From assembly GCA_028692955.1 (NCBI GenBank), contig JAQUWH010000001.1:130143-194142 (forward strand): DNA of 64,000 bases, in the 5' to 3' direction. Shown one piece after another: positions 20,165-29,009 of this stretch; the first letter of the stretch is position 1; each line of letters opens with the position of its first letter. The notes under the pieces were generated by a model. It was given only the letters and a program-made list of their open reading frames with translations, was not told the origin of the DNA and made no database searches. The position numbers and the translations under genes are program-made. Source of the stretch: Clostridia bacterium. Its GTDB lineage: Bacteria > Bacillota > Clostridia > TANB77 > CAG-465.

Positions 20165-20583
20165 TACATAATAAGAAAGGAAATATAGAATTAGTTTTTT
20201 TATCTATTATATTTACTATCTTGATTATTATTTTAATGTCTTTTTATTTTTTATCTATGCAAATAAACGCACAGGTTTATCCTATTAAACAAGATTTATT
20301 CTACCTTGTACAAAATTCTTACTTATCGATGGATATTGAAGAATTGGCTTATAATAACTATATTATTGATGAAGATATTCTAAGAAATAAAATACAAAAT
20401 TTAATTAGTAAGAATCATAAAAATGTAGTTATTGAATCACTACAATATGACCAACGAATTAACAAGGTGAAAATCCGTATAAAAGTAACAATTAAACCTA
20501 TTATATTAAAAAAACAGATTGGAAATATTATGCTAACAATCTATGATGAGATAAAATTAAAAACAATGGATGTGAATTATTAA
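20161..20583 (+). CDS. TadE-like pseudopilin (putative)
   Basis: about 140 aa; KKGNIELVFLSIIFTILIIILM resembles the TadE N-terminal motif; ATGA overlap with the upstream stop. Confidence 0.45.
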   Translation: MIHNKKGNIELVFLSIIFTILIIILMSFYFLSMQINAQVYPIKQDLFYLVQNSYLSMDIEELAYNNYIIDEDILRNKIQNLISKNHKNVVIESLQYDQRINKVKIRIKVTIKPIILKKQIGNIMLTIYDEIKLKTMDVNY

Positions 20584-20987
20584 TGAGAAAGTTACAAAAA
20601 GGTAGTACAATTGTTTCAGCACCACTTATTCTATTTTTTTCTGTTATGATTATTGTACTAATTGGTTATTTTTTTATGAATTTAATATTTCCTTTCCTTT
20701 GGTATGAAAAATTAAATAGTATTTCACAAAAATATATGTATATTATTGAGAAATATGGTTATTTGACTGATGCTGAAAATGAAAATTTAATTTCTGATTT
20801 AGAACAATCAGGATTTGATATTAGCAATATAGAAATTGAAGCACCAAATAAGCATACAACATATGGTGAGTTATTAGAATTTAAGTTGAAATATAAAATG
20901 AAGTATATTGTACCAAATTTAAGTGAAAATTCAAAAAGTGAGTTGATAGAAATTGTAGTAAATAAAAATAGTTATTGTAAAATATAA
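20583..20987 (+). CDS. TadE/DUF4320-like pseudopilin (putative)
   Basis: 134 aa; LQKGSTIVSAPLILFFSVMIIVLIGYF prepilin-like N-terminus; TAATG overlap with the upstream gene. Confidence 0.45.
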   Translation: MRKLQKGSTIVSAPLILFFSVMIIVLIGYFFMNLIFPFLWYEKLNSISQKYMYIIEKYGYLTDAENENLISDLEQSGFDISNIEIEAPNKHTTYGELLEFKLKYKMKYIVPNLSENSKSELIEIVVNKNSYCKI

Positions 20988-20988
20988 A

Positions 20989-21014
20989 GATACAACCCAT
21001 TTCGATGGGTTGTA
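20989..21014. terminator. bidirectional terminator hairpin
   Basis: perfect 10-bp stem atacaaccca/tgggttgtat between convergent genes. Confidence 0.7.
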
Positions 21015-21024
21015 TCCTATATAG

Positions 21025-21651
21025 TTATATTAATTTTAATTTTTGTAATGCGTTATTTTCGATGATTAATTTTGCTTTTTCTTTAATACATGTTTCATAT
21101 AAATCATAAGAATAATAATCATTACAAAATTCAGATAAGAAAACGTAAGTTTTTAAAAATTTAGAATTTTTAATGGAAGATTTACTAAAGACTAGATAAT
21201 ATACATCTTCTAATTTATAGAGACTATTCTTGCCAAAAAAAAGCTTTTCACTTTTTGCTTTTTCACATATGGTAAGAATGTTGTCTATATTTTGAAAAGA
21301 ATATATATTACTATCAACAGTATATTTTGTATTACTATTTAAACTTTTTTTAGTAGAGTGAACGCCTTTTACATCTGTAAGAGAATATTTTTTTAAATCA
21401 GGTAAATCTTCAACCTTTGTTATCGTTACTACAAATAAATTATTATTGTCTGAACTTGCTTCTATAAAAAGGTGGGAATCATCAATTACAAAATCATTGT
21501 CTAAGTCTGATTCTTCTAATAAATCTACAAATAATTCCTTTGCAATGGTAGAGTCCTTTTCTATATCATTTAGAGTTATTTTTCTTTTTTCTAATTCTTC
21601 AAAAGTAAGTGTAATTCTTACTTTACTGTCGCTTAATTTTTCTACTTTCAT
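21025..21651 (-). CDS. mecA: MecA-like adaptor protein
   Basis: about 208 aa; MKVEKLSDSKVRITLTFEELEKRKITL ... LFVDLLEE resembles the MecA N-domain; start at ATG 21651. Confidence 0.7.
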   Translation of the reverse strand: MKVEKLSDSKVRITLTFEELEKRKITLNDIEKDSTIAKELFVDLLEESDLDNDFVIDDSHLFIEASSDNNNLFVVTITKVEDLPDLKKYSLTDVKGVHSTKKSLNSNTKYTVDSNIYSFQNIDNILTICEKAKSEKLFFGKNSLYKLEDVYYLVFSKSSIKNSKFLKTYVFLSEFCNDYYSYDLYETCIKEKAKLIIENNALQKLKLI

Positions 21652-22089
21652 ATAAAAAATACCTCTCAATCTACTAATATAATACCTTATATTAGTATAT
21701 GTATTATATAATCAATCCGTTACATTGTCAATAAATCTCAAAAAATAATTTCATATAAGATCAGTATTATTATTTCTAATATTTTCCAAAATATTAATAA
21801 AAATCAAATTTTTTTAAAAAATGGAGTTAATAGGGTGACAAATTTAAAAATAGAAGGGAAAATTGTGATGAATAAAATATAATAGCAACTATGAAGGTTA
21901 ATGATAATGAAATTAGAGTAATGAGAATAAAGAGTGGAGAATACATTCCATTATAGATTCAGCAAGATATAAATACATCAATCCATCTAATATTATAAAA
22001 AATATAGAGATTGAAATGGTGTTAGTGCATTTAAAAATAGTTCGTAGTAAGAAAAATTTAGTGCTTTAAATGAAAAAAATGATAAAATC

Positions 22090-22118
22090 TTGATTATATT
22101 ACTATATTATGATATAAT
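22090..22118 (+). promoter_or_regulatory. sigma-A type promoter of rpsF-ssb-rpsR
   Basis: TTGATT-N17-TATAAT, about 70 nt upstream of the rpsF ATG. Confidence 0.6.
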
Positions 22119-22187
22119 CATAAACAGTTAATTTCCTTGCTCTATATTTTTATAGGGTCAGATGTCCACGAGGAGGTGAGTGAAGTC

Positions 22188-22475
22188 ATGAATAATTATG
22201 AATCTGTTATAATACTTTCTGCAAATGCTCCAGAAGAAGCAACTGTTGCTTTCGGTGAGAAAATGAAAGAATTAATATCAGCAAATGGCGAGCTTACAAA
22301 TGTTGAAGAATGGGGTAGAAAAACGTTAGCTTATGAAATCAATAAGCAAACTGAAGGTTACTACATATTATTTACATTTGTTGCGAATCCTGAATTTATT
22401 GCTGAATTCGAAAGAATATTAAGATTAGATGAAATCGTGTTAAAACACATGGTTATAAGAAAAGATAAAGAATAA
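22188..22475 (+). CDS. rpsF: 30S ribosomal protein S6
   Basis: MNNYESVIILS ... WGRKTLAYEI; start at ATG 22188 after AGGAGGTGA. Confidence 0.93.
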   Translation: MNNYESVIILSANAPEEATVAFGEKMKELISANGELTNVEEWGRKTLAYEINKQTEGYYILFTFVANPEFIAEFERILRLDEIVLKHMVIRKDKE

Positions 22476-22517
22476 AAAATTATAGAACTGTTTTAGGTTC
22501 TTTAAGGGGGAAATTTA

Positions 22518-22940
22518 ATGAATAAGTTTCAATTTATGGGGAGATTAACAAAAGATCCAGAAACAAGAGTGATACCTAATTCAAATACACAAGTTACTAC
22601 TTTTTCTGTAGCAGTCAATAGAAGATTTGCAGATCAAAACGGTGAGAGAAAGACAGATTTCTTTAACTTAACTGCTTTTGGTAAATTAGCAGAGTTCTGT
22701 TCTAAATATTATAGAAAAGGTCAACAAGTATTAGTTGAGGGAAGAATTCAAAACAGAAGTTGGGATGATCAAAATGGTCAAAAAAGATATGCAACTGATT
22801 TTATAATTGAAAATGCATACTTTGCAGACTCTAGAAGAGACAGTGATTCTTCTATGAGTATGGATACTGGTGCGGTTCCTTCATCTAGTATAGATGGAGA
22901 ATTCATCACTATTGATGATACAGATGACCTACCATTCTAA
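22518..22940 (+). CDS. ssb: single-stranded DNA-binding protein
   Basis: 140 aa; OB-fold N-part (MNKFQFMGRLTKDPE), acidic tail DDTDDLPF. Confidence 0.93.
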   Translation: MNKFQFMGRLTKDPETRVIPNSNTQVTTFSVAVNRRFADQNGERKTDFFNLTAFGKLAEFCSKYYRKGQQVLVEGRIQNRSWDDQNGQKRYATDFIIENAYFADSRRDSDSSMSMDTGAVPSSSIDGEFITIDDTDDLPF

Positions 22941-22967
22941 TTATAATATTGAAGGGAGGAAATAATA

Positions 22968-23228
22968 ATGGCTGATAATAGAAATGCAAAAAAAGGTAAA
23001 AACGATAAGCCTTTTAGAAGACCAAGAAAAAAAGTTTGTACTTTTTGTGTTGAAAAAATTGATGACATTGATTACAAAGATGTAGAAAAATTAAAAAAAT
23101 ATGTAAGTGATAAAGGTAAAATATTACCAAGAAGAGTTACTGGTACTTGTGCAAAACATCAAAGAAAAGTAACAGAATCTATCAAAAGAGCAAGAACAAT
23201 TGCTTTACTACCATTTACAGTAAAATAA
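22968..23228 (+). CDS. rpsR: 30S ribosomal protein S18
   Basis: 86 aa; CTFC ... [33 protein letters not shown]. Confidence 0.93.
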   Translation: MADNRNAKKGKNDKPFRRPRKKVCTFCVEKIDDIDYKDVEKLKKYVSDKGKILPRRVTGTCAKHQRKVTESIKRARTIALLPFTVK

Positions 23229-23238
23229 TAATAAAGAA

Positions 23239-23267
23239 AGCATTTCTAGTTAAGAGATGCTTTTTTT
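23239..23267 (+). terminator. rho-independent terminator after rpsR
   Basis: 9-bp stem agcatttct/agagatgct (one G-U pair) followed by TTTTTTT. Confidence 0.75.
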
Positions 23268-23294
23268 GTATTTAGAAAAAAATTTTGCACCAGC

Positions 23295-23323
23295 TTGCAT
23301 AATAAGTAAATTAAATATATAAT
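23295..23323 (+). promoter_or_regulatory. sigma-A type promoter of an unannotated transcript
   Basis: TTGCAT-N17-TATAAT directly after the rpsR terminator. Confidence 0.5.
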
Positions 23324-23329
23324 ATTATC

Positions 23330-23580
23330 ATTAACAAGTAAAAAATAATTATGATTGTAGATATGATAATAAAACAGCTAAAATTAGAAGGACGGACGTT
23401 GACTCTATATTTTGTTACAGAGGAGGCTAAAATACCAGTGTATTTGATGAATACTATCCTTTGCACAATTTATTCACAGGCTGCTAAAAATCAAGAAAAA
23501 TTGACAAAATAGGGAGAACAATCTCTATCCATGTCATATTAATAATTGAAACACTGTCAATTTGATAGTGTTCTTTTCTT
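23330..23580 (+). ncRNA. candidate stand-alone transcript of about 250 nt (sRNA or 53-codon small ORF)
   Basis: bounded by the promoter at 23295-23323 and the terminator hairpin at 23550-23572 plus T-tract. It contains an ATG ORF at 23351-23512 without an SD. The downstream gene has its own promoter. Confidence 0.3.
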
Positions 23581-23601
23581 GAGCAAATATCTTAAAATAG
23601 G

Positions 23602-23630
23602 TTGATTTTTTGACATTTTTCCTTTATAAT
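23602..23630 (+). promoter_or_regulatory. sigma-A type promoter of the small multidrug export gene
   Basis: TTGATT-N17-TATAAT, 29 nt upstream of ATG 23659. Confidence 0.5.
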
Positions 23631-23658
23631 GGTATTTATATTAATAAAGGAGAAATTT

Positions 23659-24156
23659 ATGTTCAATAGCATCGTTTTTAAATATATTGCTACTATATTA
23701 ATTGGTATGACGCCAATTATTGAATTAAGAGGAGCGATCCCGATAGGGGTATTTACTTTTCATTTGTCTTATTTGGAGGCTTTTATACTTAGTTTTATTG
23801 GTAATATCATTCCTATCTATTTTATCGTTAAATACATCAGACCATTATTTGATTTCTTTGGAAGATGGAAACCATTTAAGAAAATAATTGATTGGGCAAC
23901 AGCAAGAGCTACTAAAAAAATTGAGGAAAGTGATAAACTACAAAACTTTGCTGCTTTGGGATTATTCCTTTTTGTGGCAATTCCATTACCTGGAACTGGA
24001 GCTTGGGTTGGTTCATTGATTGCTAACTTTTTAGATTTGCCACCAAAAAAAGCAATACCACCAATTGTGTTGGGCGTTTTAGTGGCAGGAATTATCATAC
24101 TTGCTGGTACTGCAGCGGCAAATGGAGGAATACAATTTTTATTTCAACGTACGTAA
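23659..24156 (+). CDS. small multidrug export protein-like membrane protein (COG2426-like)
   Basis: about 165 aa; 4 TM; PIIELRGAIPIG and PLPGTGAWVGS motifs; start at ATG 23659 after AAGGAG. Confidence 0.55.
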   Translation: MFNSIVFKYIATILIGMTPIIELRGAIPIGVFTFHLSYLEAFILSFIGNIIPIYFIVKYIRPLFDFFGRWKPFKKIIDWATARATKKIEESDKLQNFAALGLFLFVAIPLPGTGAWVGSLIANFLDLPPKKAIPPIVLGVLVAGIIILAGTAAANGGIQFLFQRT

Positions 24157-24233
24157 TATCATATAGAAAAATCACTTTAGAAACTATCATTTGATGATTG
24201 TCTAAAGTGATTTTTATTATCCTATGCTATACA

Positions 24234-25190
24234 TTACTGTATAGAATCAATTGTAACGCTTCCGTTCCTAGAAGTTATCTTAAATTGATTACTTCTTTGT
24301 GTATTAGAAACGTAAGTATCTTTGTATTTTTCACCAGAGATGTATATGCTTCCATTACTAGATTTTATATCATAGCCATGCTCTAGACCAATAGAGTTTT
24401 TAACGTGAATCTTACCATTACTGCTTTTAAGATTTGTAATATTTTTGAATGTTCCAGATAATTCAATCCTACCATTGCTTGAAGAAATGTCAGAACCATT
24501 TGAAGTAATAGTAGAAAGTAGAATAGCACCATTACTTGAATCAGCTTTTAGATAATCAGTAGTTAAAGTATCACATTCTATTTTTCCATTTGAAGAAACC
24601 ATTTGAATTTTATTCGCATGAATATTTCTTAAGGTTATAGCACCATTTTTAGAGGATACTCTGTTAGTTTCGGTTGTTAGATTATTCATCGTGATGCCTC
24701 CATTGAATGAGTCAACAAATATATCTTTTGCATTCATATTTGCAATTTCAATCTTTCCATTCTTGTTCTCAATTGTTACATTATTAAAGTTGCTATCTTT
24801 AGGTATATATATTTTAACAAAATTTTCTTTAAAATTAAAATTTAGTAAAGAGATAAAAAAGTGTGTTTCTTCTTTAAAAGTTAATTTATTATCTTCTATA
24901 AAATAATTTGGCTCACTGTGTGAGTTAGTATAACTATATTCTATACCGAAACTGTCAGAATTTATAATATATACATTAGCATTCTTAACATCTAATGAAA
25001 TATCATTAAATGATGTAAGATTCATCTCCTTATTATAAATTGTATTGTTATTATCACCAATCATAATTTGACCCTCTTTAAAAAATATATTTGATTTCGC
25101 ACCAAATAAAAATCCGATAATAACTAAAATGATACCTACTGTAAATAGGATAGCAATTACTGTAAAAAACTTTTTAGTGAATTTCCCCAT
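24234..25190 (-). CDS. DUF4097-like beta-repeat protein (putative adhesin fold), membrane-anchored
   Basis: about 318 aa; N-terminal TM then repeated SSNG.I / SKNGAI beta-strand repeats; start ATG 25190 after AAGGAGG. Confidence 0.65.
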   Translation of the reverse strand: MGKFTKKFFTVIAILFTVGIILVIIGFLFGAKSNIFFKEGQIMIGDNNNTIYNKEMNLTSFNDISLDVKNANVYIINSDSFGIEYSYTNSHSEPNYFIEDNKLTFKEETHFFISLLNFNFKENFVKIYIPKDSNFNNVTIENKNGKIEIANMNAKDIFVDSFNGGITMNNLTTETNRVSSKNGAITLRNIHANKIQMVSSNGKIECDTLTTDYLKADSSNGAILLSTITSNGSDISSSNGRIELSGTFKNITNLKSSNGKIHVKNSIGLEHGYDIKSSNGSIYISGEKYKDTYVSNTQRSNQFKITSRNGSVTIDSIQ

Positions 25191-25191
25191 A

Positions 25192-25773
25192 TTATTTACC
25201 TCCTTTCGATACGACTTTGCTAAATAGTTTTGCAATTAAATAAATCGTTTTCTTTGCAATATAGGTAATAGACCAGAAAAGTAGAATGCCAAGACTGGCT
25301 ACGATTAAACCTGCACCTATTGCTGATAACGAAGTTGGAAAATGTATTGTAAAAATTGAAAAACCAACAATTAACAGCCCAACTGCTGCTATACATATAC
25401 CAATAGAGGCAACATAAAAGGATAAGAGTACTGCAAAAACTACAATTAATAGGGCAAAGATAATAGAGACTAAGGCAATTGCTAGTGGTAATGCTACCGG
25501 TGAAGCAAATATTGCTATAATGATAATCCATAAAGTAGATAAACTCTTATTAATCGTTTTAGATGAATTATCTTTATTCTTTATAGCATAATCTGCTATA
25601 ATAACGGTAGCCAATTTTTTTGGCTCCCCTAACTCATTTATTATTTTTTGTTCGTTTTCAATTCCAGCATCTTCAAAGTATTCCGTATAATAGTTAATAG
25701 CATTACTTACTTCTGCTTCAGGCAATTTCTTTAGACTGTTTCTTAATTTGTCTAGATATTGGTTTTTATTCAT
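25192..25773 (-). CDS. DUF1700-like membrane protein
   Basis: 193 aa; N-terminus YLDKLRNSLKKLPEAEVSNAINYYTEYFEDAG typical of DUF1700, C-terminal TM helices. Confidence 0.65.
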   Translation of the reverse strand: MNKNQYLDKLRNSLKKLPEAEVSNAINYYTEYFEDAGIENEQKIINELGEPKKLATVIIADYAIKNKDNSSKTINKSLSTLWIIIIAIFASPVALPLAIALVSIIFALLIVVFAVLLSFYVASIGICIAAVGLLIVGFSIFTIHFPTSLSAIGAGLIVASLGILLFWSITYIAKKTIYLIAKLFSKVVSKGGK

Positions 25774-26084
25774 TCCAAACTTCCTCCTAATATATTTTCA
25801 ATTTTGTTTTTATATATTTCCCATTCTTCATTGTATTCCTTTAATTGTTTTTTTCCTTCATTGGTTATTTTGTAATAACGTCTATTCCTTCCTTGAAATT
25901 CATTATCGTATGTCTCTAAAAAATTATTCTTTTGCAATCGTCTAAGCACAGGATATAATGTAGATTCGGATACATTGATACTGTTTTTTAAATTTTGTGT
26001 TAATTCATAGCCATAAGTATCGGATTTCATCAGTACTGCAAGAACACAAGCGTCTAAAAGAGACGAGTTTAATTGAAAGATCAT
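25770..26084 (-). CDS. PadR family transcriptional regulator
   Basis: about 104 aa; LLDACVLAVLMKSDTYGYELTQ ... STLYPVLRRLQKNNFL winged-helix; start ATG 26084 after AAGGAGG. Confidence 0.85.
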   Translation of the reverse strand: MIFQLNSSLLDACVLAVLMKSDTYGYELTQNLKNSINVSESTLYPVLRRLQKNNFLETYDNEFQGRNRRYYKITNEGKKQLKEYNEEWEIYKNKIENILGGSLE

Positions 26085-26242
26085 ATATACCTCCTTGTTT
26101 GTTTCATACAATATTATACGGTATATAATATTGTATGTCAATATATAATATGGAATTAATGAAATATTTATTATAAGAATACTTCATTAAAGGCACCTTG
26201 AAGATCATTTATTCATACAATATTTTAAGAGGTGATTTCTTC

Positions 26243-26788
26243 ATGGAGACATTCAAAGTAGGAGATGTAGTGGCAAGAAAATCATATAATCTCGACGTTT
26301 TATTTAAGATAACTAGAATCAATGCAAATGGTATGGTGGATTTAGCCGGTCTTACTGTTAGGATTATTGCAGATGCACCAGACTATGATTTACAACATAT
26401 TAGTAAAGAAGAAACAGATAAAAGAGTACTTAATACTGAAAAGAGTAGAGTGGCTAGATTAAATAGATGTTATATGAATATGAATAAGAAGATAAATGGT
26501 TATTACAATATACGTGAACAGGTAACGGTAGAGGAAAATCCTAATGTATTTAAAAAAGAATCTATTTTGAAGAAACCGGGTATTGTATTACATATAGATG
26601 GGGACCCGGAATATACGGATAGATGTAAGGAAAGTTATAAAAGAATGGGCGTTACTGCTTATACCTATAATATACCAGAGCAAGAGCAATATAAGCAGAT
26701 TTATTCTTTGCTTCAAAAAATAAGGCCAAATATATTAATACTAACAGGACATGGTGATATAATTTATCCTGAAAATATTTATAAATAG
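26243..26788 (+). CDS. yabG: sporulation peptidase YabG, 5-prime segment (interrupted after the conserved TGH)
   Basis: METFKVGDVVARKSYNLDVLFKI ..., VLHIDGDPEY, RPNILILTGH match the YabG N-half. The ORF runs 12 codons into element DNA and then stops. Confidence 0.85.
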   Translation: METFKVGDVVARKSYNLDVLFKITRINANGMVDLAGLTVRIIADAPDYDLQHISKEETDKRVLNTEKSRVARLNRCYMNMNKKINGYYNIREQVTVEENPNVFKKESILKKPGIVLHIDGDPEYTDRCKESYKRMGVTAYTYNIPEQEQYKQIYSLLQKIRPNILILTGHGDIIYPENIYK

Positions 26789-26878
26789 ATGAGATAAATG
26801 TAATAGTTATACAGATCAAATTGAAGACTGAATATAGTTTTTTCTTAATAAAATAGTGATTTTTTACAAAAGTGTAAT

Positions 26879-26907
26879 TTGACTCTGGATACTATGTATG
26901 GTATACT
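26879..26907 (+). promoter_or_regulatory. sigma-A type promoter of the element cargo operon
   Basis: TTGACT-N17-TATACT (with TGg extended -10), 26 nt upstream of ATG 26933. Confidence 0.5.
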
Positions 26908-26932
26908 ATATATCATAAAAAGGAGTTTTGAG

Positions 26933-27886
26933 ATGACAAACATAACTTTAAATAACAATTTAAAGCAAATTATATATGGCTCTAATGAAAACTATAAACT
27001 AATAGCTAAAGATGATAATATTGGAGAAAACGGACAAGAATTAACAATAGTAACATTATCATGTAACAGGAAAAAAGCTACAATTAAACAGATTGAATCT
27101 CTAAAAAAGTATTTTCCGAATTTTAAAGGTAACTATCTAATAGGAGATAATGGCTCTAGTAAAGAAACAATAGTGGCATTGAAAGAAGCAATAAAAAATG
27201 CACCATTTAATTGTAAAATAGTAGAATTTGGAAAAAATTATGGAGCCACAATTGGTAGGAATAAAATTGCAAAGTGCGTAAAAACAAAGTGGTTTTTAAT
27301 GCTTGATAATGATATATATTTTACTACTAATATATTAAATGAATTAAGAGAAACCATTCATGAGTTTGGAGCCCATTTTATCAATATTCCATTGATGAAA
27401 TCTACAAAGCAAAGTTTATATTCCCTAGGAGGGGCTTTTGAAATAACTAATGATAATGGGAAATATAGAGTAGAAGGCAAATCAATGTTTGACTTACATA
27501 CAGATGAAATCCTTGAAAATATGAAAGTACCTAGATCTATATCAAATTTCTTATATGCAACGGCTTTGATGAAAACAGAAACGTTTCTTAAAATTGGTGG
27601 CTTCGATGAAAATATGTTTATAGGTTTTGAGGATATAGATTTTTCTATCAAACTATTTGATTTAGGCTATAAAATTGCTACTGCCGGTATAATTGGAGCA
27701 GTGCATGACCATGAGACGGCTACTGACCTAAATGATATAGAATATGAAAAAACCAGATTTTCTAATGAATTACTGCTAAATTCAGCAATATATTTTGAAA
27801 AGAAACATGGACTTAAAGTATGGGGAGCCGATGTTGATAGATTATTAGAAGAAAAGAAAAAAGAATTAAAACTAGATAATATATAG
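26933..27886 (+). CDS. family 2 glycosyltransferase
   Basis: about 317 aa; LTIVTLSCNR, IGDNGSSKET, LMLDNDIYF (DxD) motifs; SD AAGGAG. Confidence 0.7.
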   Translation: MTNITLNNNLKQIIYGSNENYKLIAKDDNIGENGQELTIVTLSCNRKKATIKQIESLKKYFPNFKGNYLIGDNGSSKETIVALKEAIKNAPFNCKIVEFGKNYGATIGRNKIAKCVKTKWFLMLDNDIYFTTNILNELRETIHEFGAHFINIPLMKSTKQSLYSLGGAFEITNDNGKYRVEGKSMFDLHTDEILENMKVPRSISNFLYATALMKTETFLKIGGFDENMFIGFEDIDFSIKLFDLGYKIATAGIIGAVHDHETATDLNDIEYEKTRFSNELLLNSAIYFEKKHGLKVWGADVDRLLEEKKKELKLDNI

Positions 27887-27905
27887 TTTTAAATAAGGAG
27901 AAATT

Positions 27906-29009
27906 ATGTATAAAATATCAATCATAATACCTGTATATAATTCAGATAAGTATCTTGATGATTTATTCAGTTCGTTATTAAAACAAACTATGAAATTTGA
28001 AGATATACAAGTTATATTTGTAGACGACGCATCTACTGATAGTAGTGTACCAATTATTAGAAAATACAAAGAAAAATATTGTAATGTAGAATTAGTAGAA
28101 TTGGATAAAAATCATAAATATGCTGGAACTGCTAGAAATGAAGGGATAAAATATGCTTCTGGGCAATATTTAATGTTTTCAGATTCAGATGATTTTTTAT
28201 TTAGTTATTCACTTGAAATATTATATAATAAGATAGAAAAAGAAAATGCAGATTTTATTACAGCTAATTACATAAATGCAGATTATGATGGGAAAGTATG
28301 GGACTTTCCTATATTTAATATGGATAAATACAAGGACTTTAAACTTGATATTAAAGATTATGACAAATCCTTTTTTGTACTTAATAGCTCTGTTTGTAAT
28401 AAAATATTTAGAAGAGACTTTATCATGAAACATAATATTAGATTTTTAGAAGCAACACCTGCGGAAGATTCATTTTTTACCAATTCTTGTTTTCTAAACT
28501 CTAAAAGTGTATACTATATTCAAGAACCCGTACATGCTTATAGACAGAGAAATAAGGAAGAAAAATCAACCTCATTTAATTGCGATATAAAATATTTTAA
28601 ATGCATCAGCAGAACCTATAAAAAAATATATGATATTTTTAAGGAACATTCCAAAATAGGGTTTTATAGATATACTTATGCAAAAAATATGTCATATATG
28701 TTATATAAATTTATAGATTCAACCATGCTTACCTATGATGAAAGAATAGAAGTATTAAAGGATATGAAATGGTTTTATGAATTAAGTATCACTTTAAAGG
28801 TAGGTGCTTGTCAAGAGGCTCAATCTATGATTATACATAAAATATTAGATTCTAACTATGATGAAGCAATCAACTACTGTAAATTAGTTGCAGATATTAG
28901 AACTTACCTACCAAAGGAAATCCGTGAATCTATGTCAAGACCAAATTCAGATATGTATCATAATATTTCAAAATTTGATAGTGAATATGAAGGTGAAAAT
29001 AATGTTTAA
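27906..29009 (+). CDS. family 2 glycosyltransferase
   Basis: 367 aa; ISIIIPVYNSDKYL, VIFVDDASTDSS, LMFSDSDDFL classic GT2 motifs. Confidence 0.85.
   Translation: MYKISIIIPVYNSDKYLDDLFSSLLKQTMKFEDIQVIFVDDASTDSSVPIIRKYKEKYCNVELVELDKNHKYAGTARNEGIKYASGQYLMFSDSDDFLFSYSLEILYNKIEKENADFITANYINADYDGKVWDFPIFNMDKYKDFKLDIKDYDKSFFVLNSSVCNKIFRRDFIMKHNIRFLEATPAEDSFFTNSCFLNSKSVYYIQEPVHAYRQRNKEEKSTSFNCDIKYFKCISRTYKKIYDIFKEHSKIGFYRYTYAKNMSYMLYKFIDSTMLTYDERIEVLKDMKWFYELSITLKVGACQEAQSMIIHKILDSNYDEAINYCKLVADIRTYLPKEIRESMSRPNSDMYHNISKFDSEYEGENNV

Noticed and set aside
23330..23580. Known RNA classes for the rpsR-downstream transcript (T-box, SRP RNA, 6S RNA, guanidine/ykkC-type riboswitch)
   Set aside because: I could not find the diagnostic conserved motifs: no T-box sequence, no SRP domain IV GGAA/AGCAGC motif, and no convincing long closing helix. 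The downstream gene has its own promoter. I kept it only as an unclassified candidate.
25220..25531. 103-aa alternative-frame ORF inside the DUF1700 gene
   Set aside because: It is on the same strand but in a different frame from a gene with a recognisable N-terminal family signature. Its odd Cys/Tyr-rich composition suggests it is spurious.
28888..29001. Upstream extension of the third cargo ORF (track start 28888)
   Set aside because: The extension overlaps the GT2 gene by 120 nt in another frame. ATG 29002 with GAAGGTGA upstream and an ATG/TAA overlap is the likelier start.
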